DNA from: an uncultured Erysipelotrichaceae bacterium
Lineage (GTDB): Bacteria > Bacillota_I > Bacilli_A > RF39 > UBA660
NCBI GenBank assembly: GCA_902783315.1
Contig: CACZQK010000019.1
Span: forward strand, 1 to 51,863
Reading direction: 5' to 3'
DNA: 51,863 nucleotides
The first letter of the stretch is position 1, and the number at the start of each line of letters is the position of its first letter. Positions 8,221 to 17,862 of this stretch are shown here, piece after piece. The notes below the pieces were generated by a model. The model did not search any database, was not told where the DNA came from, and saw nothing but the letters and a program-made list of their open reading frames with translations. The position numbers were made by a program, and so were the translations under genes.

Positions 8221-10590
8221 CTACTTTCCTTTTTTTATAGATTCAACATATTTTTTAATATTTGAAAGATTAGCAATAACATTAACCTTACCTTTTTTTA
8301 TTTCAACAAGAGTAGGAGCCTGTTTAACTCCAAGTTTCTTTGTCAATTCTACCTCTTCTTCTGCATCGACAAAACGATATGAAACTTGGGCTTTTTCCAA
8401 TATTTTTTTTGCAGAAGCACAATTTGGACAAGTTTTTGATCCAAAAAGAATCAAATCATCATCCATCTTTTCACATTTTTCACTGCACTCCTCTATTTTT
8501 TCTTCTGCCTTTTTACAATTACTATTTTTGAGATTATACTCCTTTCTCATTTTATATTCTTTACTTTTTCCATCATTCCAATTCTTTACTGGTCTATAAT
8601 ATCCAGTAATACGACTATATACTTCAACTTCTCCACCACATTTTGGACACTTTGAATGATCACCTTTTAAATATCCATGTTTATTGCAAACAGAATATGT
8701 AGGGCTAATCGTATAATAAGGCAACTTATAATTTTCCGCTATTTTACGAACTAAGTTAGCCGTAGTTTTCCAGTCTTTCAACCTTTCTCCTAAGAATGCA
8801 TGAAATACCGTTCCTGATGTATATAGTGTTTGTAACTCATCTTGAATATCTAAAGCTTCAAAAATATCATCAGTATATCCAACTGGTAAATGAGAACTAT
8901 TTGTATAATATGGAGTATCATCGTCAGAAGCAGTAATAATATCAGGATATAAGACTTTATCTTTCTTTGCCATACGATAAGATGTAGATTCAGCTGGTGT
9001 TGCTTCTAAGTTATATAAGTCACCATATTCCTCTTGATAATCAGATAATTTTTCTCTCATAAAATTCAAAACTTCTTTAGTAAATTTCTGAGCTTTCTCA
9101 TGTGTTAAATCTTCTCCAACCCATTTAGCATTTAAACTTGCTTCATTCATACCTACTAGACCAATAGTGGAAAAATGATTATTAAATGTTCCCAAATATC
9201 TTCTTGTATAAGGATATAATCCTTCATCTAATAATTTAGTAATAACATTCCTTTTTATTTTCAAACTTCTAGCAGCAAGATTCATTAAATTTTCAAGTTT
9301 CTCATAAAATTCCTGTTCAGTTTCCGAAGTATATGCAATCCTTGGCATATTAATAGTAACAACACCAATAGATCCCGTAGACTCTCCACTTCCAAAAAAT
9401 CCACCACTTTTCTTTCTAAGTTCTCTTAAATCAAGCCTCAAACGACAACACATACTTCTAACATCACTTGGTTCCATATCACTATTTACATAATTTGAAA
9501 AATATGGAGTCCCATACTTGGCAGTCATTTCAAACAATAATTTATTATTTTCACTTTCAGACCAATCAAAATCTTTTGTAATAGAATAAGTTGGAATAGG
9601 GTACTGGAATCCTCTACCATTAGCGTCTCCTTCTACCATAATTTCAATAAATACCTTATTAATTAAATCCATTTCTTTTTGACAATCTTTGTATTTAAAA
9701 TCTTGTTCAACGCCACCAACAATAGCATTTAACTCAGCAAGATCATTTGGTACAGTCCAATCCAATGTAATATTAGTAAATGGAGCTTGAGTTCCCCATC
9801 TAGAAGGAGTATTAACACCATAAATAAAAGATTGAATTGCTTGCTTAACATCAGTATAAGATAAATTATCAGCTTTAACAAAAGGAGCTAAATAAGTATC
9901 AAAGGAAGAAAACGCTTGTGCACCCGCCCATTCATTTTGTAAAATACCAAGGAAATTAACCATTTGATTACACAAAGTAGATAAATGTTTTGCAGGACTA
10001 CTAGTAATTCTTCCAGGCACTCCTCCTAATCCCTCTTGGATTAACTGTTTTAAACTCCAACCAGCACAATAACCAGTAAGCATTGATAAATCATGAATAT
10101 GGAAATCACAATTATGATGTGCTTTTGCTATTTCTTCATCATAAACCTCACTTAACCAATAGTTAGCTGTAATAGCACCTGAATTATTCAATATTAAACC
10201 ACCAACAGAATAGGTAACAGTAGAATTTTCTTTTACTCTCCAATCTGTAACATTGATATAACTATTTACTACTTGTTTATAATCTAGTATTGTTGATTCC
10301 ATTTTTCTTTGTTTTTCATGCAATTTACGATATAAAATATATGCTTTAGCAATATTCGAATATCCTGCTTGTGATAATACATACTCAACCTTATCTTGAA
10401 TAGCTTCTTCATCAATAATATTATTTTTTATACTAGGTTCAAAAGCTGCTGTTACCTTCAATGCTAAAAAATCAATAACATTTTCATCATAGTTTACCTT
10501 TTCAGCTTCAAAAGCCTTTATAATGGCACTTTTAATTTTTTCTATTTCAAATGGAATAATCTTTCCTTCTCTATTTCTTACTTTATACAT
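8221..10590 (-). CDS. nrdD: Class III anaerobic ribonucleoside-triphosphate reductase with N-terminal ATP-cone and C-terminal glutaredoxin/NrdH-like domain
   Basis: HIHDL, GYCAGW, SMCCRL thiyl loop, EATPAES, CxxH/CxxC Zn site, YSRITGYY glycyl-radical motif, terminal TCPNC...QAPTL redoxin. Confidence 0.95.
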   Translation of the reverse strand: MYKVRNREGKIIPFEIEKIKSAIIKAFEAEKVNYDENVIDFLALKVTAAFEPSIKNNIIDEEAIQDKVEYVLSQAGYSNIAKAYILYRKLHEKQRKMESTILDYKQVVNSYINVTDWRVKENSTVTYSVGGLILNNSGAITANYWLSEVYDEEIAKAHHNCDFHIHDLSMLTGYCAGWSLKQLIQEGLGGVPGRITSSPAKHLSTLCNQMVNFLGILQNEWAGAQAFSSFDTYLAPFVKADNLSYTDVKQAIQSFIYGVNTPSRWGTQAPFTNITLDWTVPNDLAELNAIVGGVEQDFKYKDCQKEMDLINKVFIEIMVEGDANGRGFQYPIPTYSITKDFDWSESENNKLLFEMTAKYGTPYFSNYVNSDMEPSDVRSMCCRLRLDLRELRKKSGGFFGSGESTGSIGVVTINMPRIAYTSETEQEFYEKLENLMNLAARSLKIKRNVITKLLDEGLYPYTRRYLGTFNNHFSTIGLVGMNEASLNAKWVGEDLTHEKAQKFTKEVLNFMREKLSDYQEEYGDLYNLEATPAESTSYRMAKKDKVLYPDIITASDDDTPYYTNSSHLPVGYTDDIFEALDIQDELQTLYTSGTVFHAFLGERLKDWKTTANLVRKIAENYKLPYYTISPTYSVCNKHGYLKGDHSKCPKCGGEVEVYSRITGYYRPVKNWNDGKSKEYKMRKEYNLKNSNCKKAEEKIEECSEKCEKMDDDLILFGSKTCPNCASAKKILEKAQVSYRFVDAEEEVELTKKLGVKQAPTLVEIKKGKVNVIANLSNIKKYVESIKKGK

Positions 10591-10600
10591 ATTTAACTCC

Positions 10601-11278
10601 TCATTCTCCTCTAATAATTACATTAGGGAATCTTTCTTCTAATATTTTTTCTAATTTTTTTAACTCATCTCTTGAAAAAGATTCTAATAATTGATTTTGA
10701 ACATTTTCACTTAATTTAAAATTTTGAATATAGTATTTTTCTGAAAAAGATTTACATAAACTCAAAATCTTATTAACATCATGAAAACCTTTAATGATAG
10801 TAGTCCTAAATTCATAATCAATTCCACTATTTTTAATAAGCTCAACACTTCTTTTAATATTTTCTATATGAACTTTGCATTTAGTAATATTTTCATATTC
10901 ATTAAAAATTGTTTTTATATCCATAGCAATATAATCTACTAAATGCTTATCAATTAATTCCTGCAAAACACTTGGATTAGTACCATTTGTATCTAATTTA
11001 ACAGAAAACCCTTTCTCTTTAATAATTTCAATAAAATGAACTAAATCTGCTTGTATCGTAGGCTCGCCACCACTAATTACAACTCCATCTAAAAGTTTTT
11101 TTCTTTTATCCAAATAATCAAATATAGTACTTTCTGATATTTTTCCATCACAACAAGAAATTAATTCTGAATTATGACAATAAGAGCATTTAAAATTACA
11201 CCCTTGTGTAAATACAATGCAAGCTGTTTTGTCGGGATAATCAAGTAAAGTCAATTTTTGAAAACCACTTATTTTCAT
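10601..11278 (-). CDS. nrdG: Anaerobic RNR activating protein (radical SAM)
   Basis: DYP, GCNFKCSYCHN, SGGEPT, KLDTNG, YEFRTT. Confidence 0.93.
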   Translation of the reverse strand: MKISGFQKLTLLDYPDKTACIVFTQGCNFKCSYCHNSELISCCDGKISESTIFDYLDKRKKLLDGVVISGGEPTIQADLVHFIEIIKEKGFSVKLDTNGTNPSVLQELIDKHLVDYIAMDIKTIFNEYENITKCKVHIENIKRSVELIKNSGIDYEFRTTIIKGFHDVNKILSLCKSFSEKYYIQNFKLSENVQNQLLESFSRDELKKLEKILEERFPNVIIRGE

Positions 11279-13233
11279 TTTCCACCTACTTTCAAGTGAG
11301 CAAATGAAACATCAGACTGTATTAGCTCCTTTATTAAATCAATAATTCTTTTATTATTGGCTCTTTTTGATATTTTAAAAACAGTTAAGTTACCACCTGG
11401 TAAAAGTTTTTGCACCTTAGCAAAGTCTTCATATTTTTCTAAGAATTTTGCATTACAAATTAAATCATACAACTTCTCTTCATTAATATCTTTATGAACC
11501 CCATAAATAGCCTTATCTAATTCAACAAAATATTTTCTAGCAGTCGTTGAACCAGATTCAAATATTGAAAAATTTAATCTCGTATCTATACTAAATTGTT
11601 TTACTTTTTCATTTAAATAATTCAATAATTCAAATAAAAATTCATATTGTTTTTTACTATCTTGATTATAAGCTAAAACACATTCTTTTAATCCAATAAG
11701 ACCAACTCCTAAAACCCCTGATTTAAGAATTTTTCGAATCTTTTGACCAGTTTCTAACCTCTCATCTCCTAAAACATTTCCATGAAACAATGCCGTATAG
11801 TTTTCTTTATTTCGGCTTCCTAAATTTTCAAACATAAACAACAATTCATTTTTAGCAAGCTCCAAAAGTTGATCAAGTTCTTCATAAAAACTATCAAAGC
11901 TTTTACTATTAAGACATTTTAATCCCAATCTTCCTAAGTTAATGGATGTTTTTGCAACAAACATTCTTCCGTTTGATTTTCCCACAGTATCATTTATATT
12001 ATCATAAATTGTAAGTCCGTCACTAAAGTATTCAACTTCATTATTATTTTTCTTAGGAAAAGAAAATGAAATATTTTTATTACTAATAACCAAACCAGCA
12101 AGTTTTTGTAAATATTCATCACATGAATCAGAAAAGACTTTAAAGTTTACATGAATATTATCCAAATAATTATTATCATTTAAATAACTTATTACATCTT
12201 CACGAATCAAAGAACCAATTCTACTATTTTCTTTATAACCAATACTAATGGAATAAATACTACTTGCTAAATCATTAGCCTTAATAGTATTAAATATCCT
12301 ATATATAGTATCAGAAATATATCGTTCTGTTCTTTCAAATGTACTTTCTAATACAATTTCAAAAACTTCCTTTATTTTAGAATTAACTAAGAAAAGCTCA
12401 AATTCTGAAATAGAAACATCAATGTCATTCACATTAAAAATAACTTCTTGAATTCTTTTAAAATTTAAAAACTCATAAACTCCAATAAATTTAAAATACT
12501 TTTCTAGCTCCTTTAAAAAATTTCTTCGATAAAATCCCAAAAAAAAGTTTTTTAACATAAAATCTAAATTATTAATTCCAATCTCAGAACTAACTTCATT
12601 AGAAGAATTAATAATATTATTTAAAAATTCATCTAAATAATAATCATCATCACTAATATTTATCTTTAAATAAATATTTGAAAGATATCCAAGTAAAAAA
12701 CTATCTAAATCATGAATAAATATTTTTCCTTCTTCAATTGCCCTTACAAACTTGTTATCTAATATATAAGCTTTAGCATATTCAGAAGAAACAATTTTTC
12801 CAAAACTACTTAACATTTCATTTGGACTTTCATAACTATCAAACTTTTCACTTTCTTTTTCTAATCTTTCCACTACCTTTACAAATTTATGTTGCTGCTT
12901 TACATTAAAAGTTCTTCTAGAAGCAGCTCTCTCTTGCCTATACTCCTTAAAAGCTATAAAAACTTCTTGATATCCCATTTCACTAAGCTTGTTTTCTATA
13001 ATATCTTGAATATCTTCAACATTAATTGTCTTACGATCTTTATAATTATCATTAATATATGTTAAGACTTCTTTAAAAACACGATGAACATTTTTTCCTT
13101 CTTCATTATCATAAATAACACAAAAAGCGTTTCTAATAGCAACAGCTAATTTTGAGGCATCAAAGCTTACTCTCTGACCACTTCTTTTAACAACCACTAA
13201 ATTATCAAGGACCTTATTCCACATAGCATTCAA
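11275..13233 (-). CDS. Degenerate NrdD paralog (ATP-cone plus NrdD barrel; no catalytic Cys or glycyl-radical domain)
   Basis: VVKRSGQRVSFD ATP-cone, IFIHDLD, GR...TSINLGRL, GVGLIGLKE, GGN; ends before Zn-ribbon/RxxGY. Confidence 0.85.
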   Translation of the reverse strand: MNAMWNKVLDNLVVVKRSGQRVSFDASKLAVAIRNAFCVIYDNEEGKNVHRVFKEVLTYINDNYKDRKTINVEDIQDIIENKLSEMGYQEVFIAFKEYRQERAASRRTFNVKQQHKFVKVVERLEKESEKFDSYESPNEMLSSFGKIVSSEYAKAYILDNKFVRAIEEGKIFIHDLDSFLLGYLSNIYLKINISDDDYYLDEFLNNIINSSNEVSSEIGINNLDFMLKNFFLGFYRRNFLKELEKYFKFIGVYEFLNFKRIQEVIFNVNDIDVSISEFELFLVNSKIKEVFEIVLESTFERTERYISDTIYRIFNTIKANDLASSIYSISIGYKENSRIGSLIREDVISYLNDNNYLDNIHVNFKVFSDSCDEYLQKLAGLVISNKNISFSFPKKNNNEVEYFSDGLTIYDNINDTVGKSNGRMFVAKTSINLGRLGLKCLNSKSFDSFYEELDQLLELAKNELLFMFENLGSRNKENYTALFHGNVLGDERLETGQKIRKILKSGVLGVGLIGLKECVLAYNQDSKKQYEFLFELLNYLNEKVKQFSIDTRLNFSIFESGSTTARKYFVELDKAIYGVHKDINEEKLYDLICNAKFLEKYEDFAKVQKLLPGGNLTVFKISKRANNKRIIDLIKELIQSDVSFAHLKVGGK

Positions 13234-13256
13234 TCACCTCACTTAGGCTAAAATCA

Positions 13257-13285
13257 TAGTACCATTCTATCAAAAAATAAGCAAT
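13257..13285 (-). promoter_or_regulatory. SigA-type promoter of nrd operon
   Basis: TTGCTT-N17-TACTAT with TG extension; coordinates approximate. Confidence 0.5.
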
Positions 13286-13441
13286 ATTTTTTTAGATAAT
13301 TTTTTAATTGTTTTTTTAAAGTGTAAATCTTTTTTTTAAAAAACGATAAAAAAAAACATATAATAAAAGGAATTTCTAAAATGTGAATATATTCTAAGAT
13401 TTTACAGTAAATTTACATAAAAAAAACAAAATAAAAAAAAG

Positions 13442-13471
13442 ATGTTTTTTATAACAATTTATAAAAAACAT
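13442..13471. repeat. Perfect 13-bp inverted repeat (terminator or operator)
   Basis: ATGTTTTTTATAA-caat-TTATAAAAAACAT flanked by A/T runs. Confidence 0.6.
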
Positions 13472-13668
13472 TTTTTGTTTTCTAATTATCAAAAAGAAAA
13501 AAACAATAAAAACAACATTTAAAATATTTTTAAATATAATTACATTTTCTATCATTTATAGCATCAACAAAAAAATAAGATTGCTTACCCGCTTAATACA
13601 CAAACAAGATACTTATTAACATAATAAATGCAAAATTAGTCATACTCTTTATGATAATATTTTTACAC

Positions 13669-14772
13669 TCAACTAATAGAACGTGCTCTTTGTTTTAAAG
13701 CTTTAATTAATCGATAACCACAATTTCTTCTCTGTTTTCCTTGTTCTATATTAAAGAAATCAATGCAAGTAAGCGAAGGATTTTTTCTTTTGGCGACACA
13801 ATAAGCTTCCTTATGTGATGATACAAATTCCTGAGCTTCCCTTTCATTATTTGCTAAATCAATATGTTTTGTATCATCATTATATCTTTCTAATGCTTCT
13901 TCTTGACTAATTCTATCCGCTATTTTTAACACTTCTTTTTCTATACAGATATCATTATTATCACCATATTTAGCATATATGTATTGAATCGTGCCATCCT
14001 CTCGAAAGTTATTTGGATTATATTTACAAACATTAATATAATCAATAAGCCAAAAAGGACAACTAAATTCAAATTCAGATAAATCTTTAACACAAATAGA
14101 ATCTTTTATTTTATAATATCTTATCCCTGTATTAGGTATATTATCCTTGTATTCAGCTATAAATAGTTCATCTTTCTCTTTTTCGAAAACTTCCTGCAAT
14201 TTTGAAATTCTATTTACAAAAGATTGATTTAATAAACAAAGTGCCATTTCAAGATTTAATAAATCCCATACTTCTGTCTTTTCAACAGGAATATATAAAG
14301 TACATGATGAATTAAATTTATATATTTTTAAAGCTTCTTTTTCTTGATTTGTTTTCATAAAATTATAAGGTTCAATAATTGAATTTAAGAATTCATTTCG
14401 CTCATCTGGTTGCATTAAAGTTCCATGTATTTTTAACTTATTAGTATTAATTTCACTAAAAGTTACATCTGACTCAAAAAACATTTTATGCCATACTTCC
14501 TCTGAAAAAAGCTTAGAATCTAAAAAATCTGAAATAATAATATGATCTCCAGCTTGAAATGAAAGTTGAATATATGAATCACTATTAAATGTAATTTTGT
14601 CTTGCATTTTTATGAATCGACTTAAATCAAAAGGCTCATCTTTTGGATAACTGGTTGAACTACCAGCAAAACAAAACGTAGAAATCGAATCATTTTGATA
14701 TTTAAAAATATTTCCAGACTCATCTACAAAATATCTATAATTATCAGAGTTAAAACCATTAAGTATCATCAA
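13669..14772 (-). CDS. Hypothetical protein (orphan, 367 aa)
   Basis: Long ORF with GGAGGTG RBS and extended -10 TGTTATAAT; no recognisable family. Confidence 0.75.
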   Translation of the reverse strand: MMILNGFNSDNYRYFVDESGNIFKYQNDSISTFCFAGSSTSYPKDEPFDLSRFIKMQDKITFNSDSYIQLSFQAGDHIIISDFLDSKLFSEEVWHKMFFESDVTFSEINTNKLKIHGTLMQPDERNEFLNSIIEPYNFMKTNQEKEALKIYKFNSSCTLYIPVEKTEVWDLLNLEMALCLLNQSFVNRISKLQEVFEKEKDELFIAEYKDNIPNTGIRYYKIKDSICVKDLSEFEFSCPFWLIDYINVCKYNPNNFREDGTIQYIYAKYGDNNDICIEKEVLKIADRISQEEALERYNDDTKHIDLANNEREAQEFVSSHKEAYCVAKRKNPSLTCIDFFNIEQGKQRRNCGYRLIKALKQRARSIS

Positions 14773-14867
14773 AACACCTCCAGTTACGCATTATTATAAC
14801 ATACATTTCTTTTTTATAAAAAAATAAAATGAAACTCATAAGAATTTCATCTGTTTTTTACTAATAA

Positions 14868-17024
14868 TTATCGCTCTATTAAGCTTAAACTAACTTTATT
14901 TTTTTCTAAAGAAATATCATCCACATAACAATTCACAATATCACCAACACTAAATAAATCACTTGGGTGTTTTACATAATTAGTAGATAATTTAGAAATA
15001 TGAGCCAAACCATCATCATGCAAACCAATATCAATAAATAAACCAAAGTCAACAACATTACGAACAGTCCCCTGTAATCTCATGCCTATTTTTAAATCTT
15101 TTATATCTAAAATGTCACTTTTTAGTATTGGTTGTGGATATTCATCTCTAGGATCTAAATTAGGTTTTTTCAAAGATGTGATAACATCCTCAAATGTATA
15201 AATATCAATATTTAAAATTTTTCTAATCTCTTCCAAATTAATTTTATTCAAAGCAGAAATCAATTCATCAGTTCCAACTTTACTAGCATCCATTCCTAGT
15301 TTTTCCAATAGCTTATTTGCAATCGCATAACTCTCAGGATGAATAGCAGTAGAATCTAAAATATTATTACCATCTGTAATACGTAAAAACCCAATAGCCT
15401 GTTCATAAGCTTTATCTGATAATAATTTTTCTTTTTTGATTTGTTCCCGAGACATAATTTTACCAACAGAATCGCGATAAGAAAGAATCTTCTTAATAGC
15501 CGCTTTCGTAATTCCCGAAACATAAGACAACAAAGATGCCGATGCGGTATTAATATTAACTCCAACACTGTTAACACATTTTTCGACAACAAAATCTAAA
15601 GAAGAAGATAATTTTTTTTCACTAACATCATGTTGATATAAACCAACACCAATCCCCTCTGGAGGAATTTTAACAAGTTCAGCAAGAGGATCTTGTAGCC
15701 GTCTTCCAATACTAACAGCACTTCTTTTCTCAATAGCTAAATCAGGAAACTCTTCAATTGCTTGAGGAGAAGCAGAATAAATAGATGCACCAGCCTCGCT
15801 AACAATAACATATTTACAAGATAAATTATATTCCTTAATAATGTCGCTACAAAGCTTTTCAGATTCACGTGATGCCGTACCATTTCCTATCGCAATAATA
15901 TCAATTTTATATTTTTGAATTAATTGATAAATAACCTCTTTAGACATTTTTATATTCTTTTCTTCATTTCCCTTTAAAAATGGTTTTACAACGACACTAT
16001 CCAAATATTTTCCCTGTTCATCCAAAACAGCTAGCTTACAACCATTAACATATCCAGGATCAAAAGCTAATACTCTCCGCTCTTTCATTGGGGGTGTTAA
16101 AAGTAAAGACTCTAAATTCTTACCAAAATTTAAAATAGCAGCTTCTTCTCCTTTTTCTGTAAGTTCACTACGAATTTCTCTTTGAATAGAAGGAGCAATT
16201 AATCTTTTATAAGAATCATTAATTGCATCAATAACATAGGACGTAACAAAACTTTTATCATTCTTAATAACTTTTTTTTCTAAAAAAGATAAAATTTCAT
16301 CTTTATTAACATCGAGACTAACATTTAAAATCTTTTCTTTCTCTCCACGATTAATAGCTAAAATACGATGTGGCTTAATTTGTTTAATCAACTCACTATA
16401 ATCATAATACATCTCATAAATAGCATTAGAATCAACTGCATCCTTCTTTTTCTTAGAGACAAGAATTCCATTTTTATAATAATAACCTCGAATAAAGCGA
16501 CGATAACTTGCATTATCACTAATCCACTCTGCAATAATATAGCAAGCCCCCGTAATGGCTGTTGAAGTATCACAAACTTTATCGGTTATAAATTTAGAAC
16601 ATAAAGAATCAATATCTCCACTAGCAGGAAAAGCCATAACCATTTTAGCAAGAGGTTCCAATCCAAGAGCAATAGCTTCTGTTGCTTTAGATTTTTTCTT
16701 TTCCTTATATGGGCGATAAATATCTTCAACTTCAACCAGCTTAGAACAAGCCATTATCGCCTCTTCTATTTCCTTTGTTAACATTCCTTTTTCATCTATT
16801 AAACGAACGACATCTTCTTTTCGCTTTAATAAATTTTCTTGATAAGCATAAACTTCTTCTATTTTCTTTATAGTTTCCTCATCCAAAGCCCCTGTTACTT
16901 CCTTTCGATATCTAGCAATAAAAGGAATCGTATTTCCATCACTTAATAAATTTAATACAACATCTACTTGCTTTTCTGTAATATTTAAATTACTAGCTAT
17001 TTTTTTTATAATTTGTTCACTCAT
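14868..17024 (-). CDS. tex: Tex-family RNA-binding transcriptional accessory protein
   Basis: GNTIPFIARYRKE, DPG, IAIGNGTASRE, SIGRRLQDPL, C-terminal S1 domain; start MSEQ after GAGGTG RBS. Confidence 0.95.
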   Translation of the reverse strand: MSEQIIKKIASNLNITEKQVDVVLNLLSDGNTIPFIARYRKEVTGALDEETIKKIEEVYAYQENLLKRKEDVVRLIDEKGMLTKEIEEAIMACSKLVEVEDIYRPYKEKKKSKATEAIALGLEPLAKMVMAFPASGDIDSLCSKFITDKVCDTSTAITGACYIIAEWISDNASYRRFIRGYYYKNGILVSKKKKDAVDSNAIYEMYYDYSELIKQIKPHRILAINRGEKEKILNVSLDVNKDEILSFLEKKVIKNDKSFVTSYVIDAINDSYKRLIAPSIQREIRSELTEKGEEAAILNFGKNLESLLLTPPMKERRVLAFDPGYVNGCKLAVLDEQGKYLDSVVVKPFLKGNEEKNIKMSKEVIYQLIQKYKIDIIAIGNGTASRESEKLCSDIIKEYNLSCKYVIVSEAGASIYSASPQAIEEFPDLAIEKRSAVSIGRRLQDPLAELVKIPPEGIGVGLYQHDVSEKKLSSSLDFVVEKCVNSVGVNINTASASLLSYVSGITKAAIKKILSYRDSVGKIMSREQIKKEKLLSDKAYEQAIGFLRITDGNNILDSTAIHPESYAIANKLLEKLGMDASKVGTDELISALNKINLEEIRKILNIDIYTFEDVITSLKKPNLDPRDEYPQPILKSDILDIKDLKIGMRLQGTVRNVVDFGLFIDIGLHDDGLAHISKLSTNYVKHPSDLFSVGDIVNCYVDDISLEKNKVSLSLIER

Positions 17025-17079
17025 TTTTTGCACCTCGCTACCATAATAACAAAAAGACCTAAAAAAAAAAAGTATTGAC

Positions 17080-17853
17080 TTATTTATTAACAGGATTATA
17101 CCCGTATAAATAAAATTCGCCACTCTCATTTTTCTTTAATTCATATTTATATAATTGCAACTTTTTATACTCATTTATTGGTTGTTTTTCAAAATTATTA
17201 TATCCATTACAAACATCAGTATATACAACATCTCCAGTCATAAAATCAAATAATTCTAACTTTTCACCATTTATACAATTTCCATTATAATATCCTTCAT
17301 ACATATAAAATATATATAAATCTTTTTCTTCTCTATACTTTGCAAACTTTGAATATTTTCTATAATTATGATTATTGGTACCAAGCACTAATCTATAATA
17401 TGGAGAATTACTAGTACTATTAATATTATAATTACCATAATCATCTATATACAATCTTATAGTATTAGAATGAAATTCTGTATTTGTATTAAATGTTTTA
17501 AATAATAAATTATCTTGTAGACTTTCTTTATTTATACAAATATCTTTTCCATCTCCACATAAATATGTATTAATCTTATTTTTTAATAAATAAGCCATTA
17601 AAATACTTTCTCTTTTATCATTTGATAAATTATCAAAACCACTAAAATACTCATTTGAAATATTAAACTGAATTGGTAACGTATCAATAAGAGATACTCC
17701 TGCAGTAATATTAGAATATTCACTATTATCACTGTATCTAAATTGTTCAATATGATCTTCTAATGAATAGCAAATTGTACCTAATGCTAAAAAATTAAAA
17801 GATGCTACTAATAATAACGTAATTGCAATATTTGCTACTTTACTGCCATTCAT
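17080..17853 (-). CDS. Hypothetical exported or membrane-anchored protein
   Basis: N-terminal hydrophobic segment; directly downstream of LTA synthase-like gene. Confidence 0.7.
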   Translation of the reverse strand: MNGSKVANIAITLLLVASFNFLALGTICYSLEDHIEQFRYSDNSEYSNITAGVSLIDTLPIQFNISNEYFSGFDNLSNDKRESILMAYLLKNKINTYLCGDGKDICINKESLQDNLLFKTFNTNTEFHSNTIRLYIDDYGNYNINSTSNSPYYRLVLGTNNHNYRKYSKFAKYREEKDLYIFYMYEGYYNGNCINGEKLELFDFMTGDVVYTDVCNGYNNFEKQPINEYKKLQLYKYELKKNESGEFYLYGYNPVNK

Positions 17854-17862
17854 ACTTTTCTC

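Noticed and set aside
13381-13398. Rex-like site ATGTGAATATATTCTAAG upstream of nrd operon
   Set aside because: Right half-site deviates at several positions from TTCACAA
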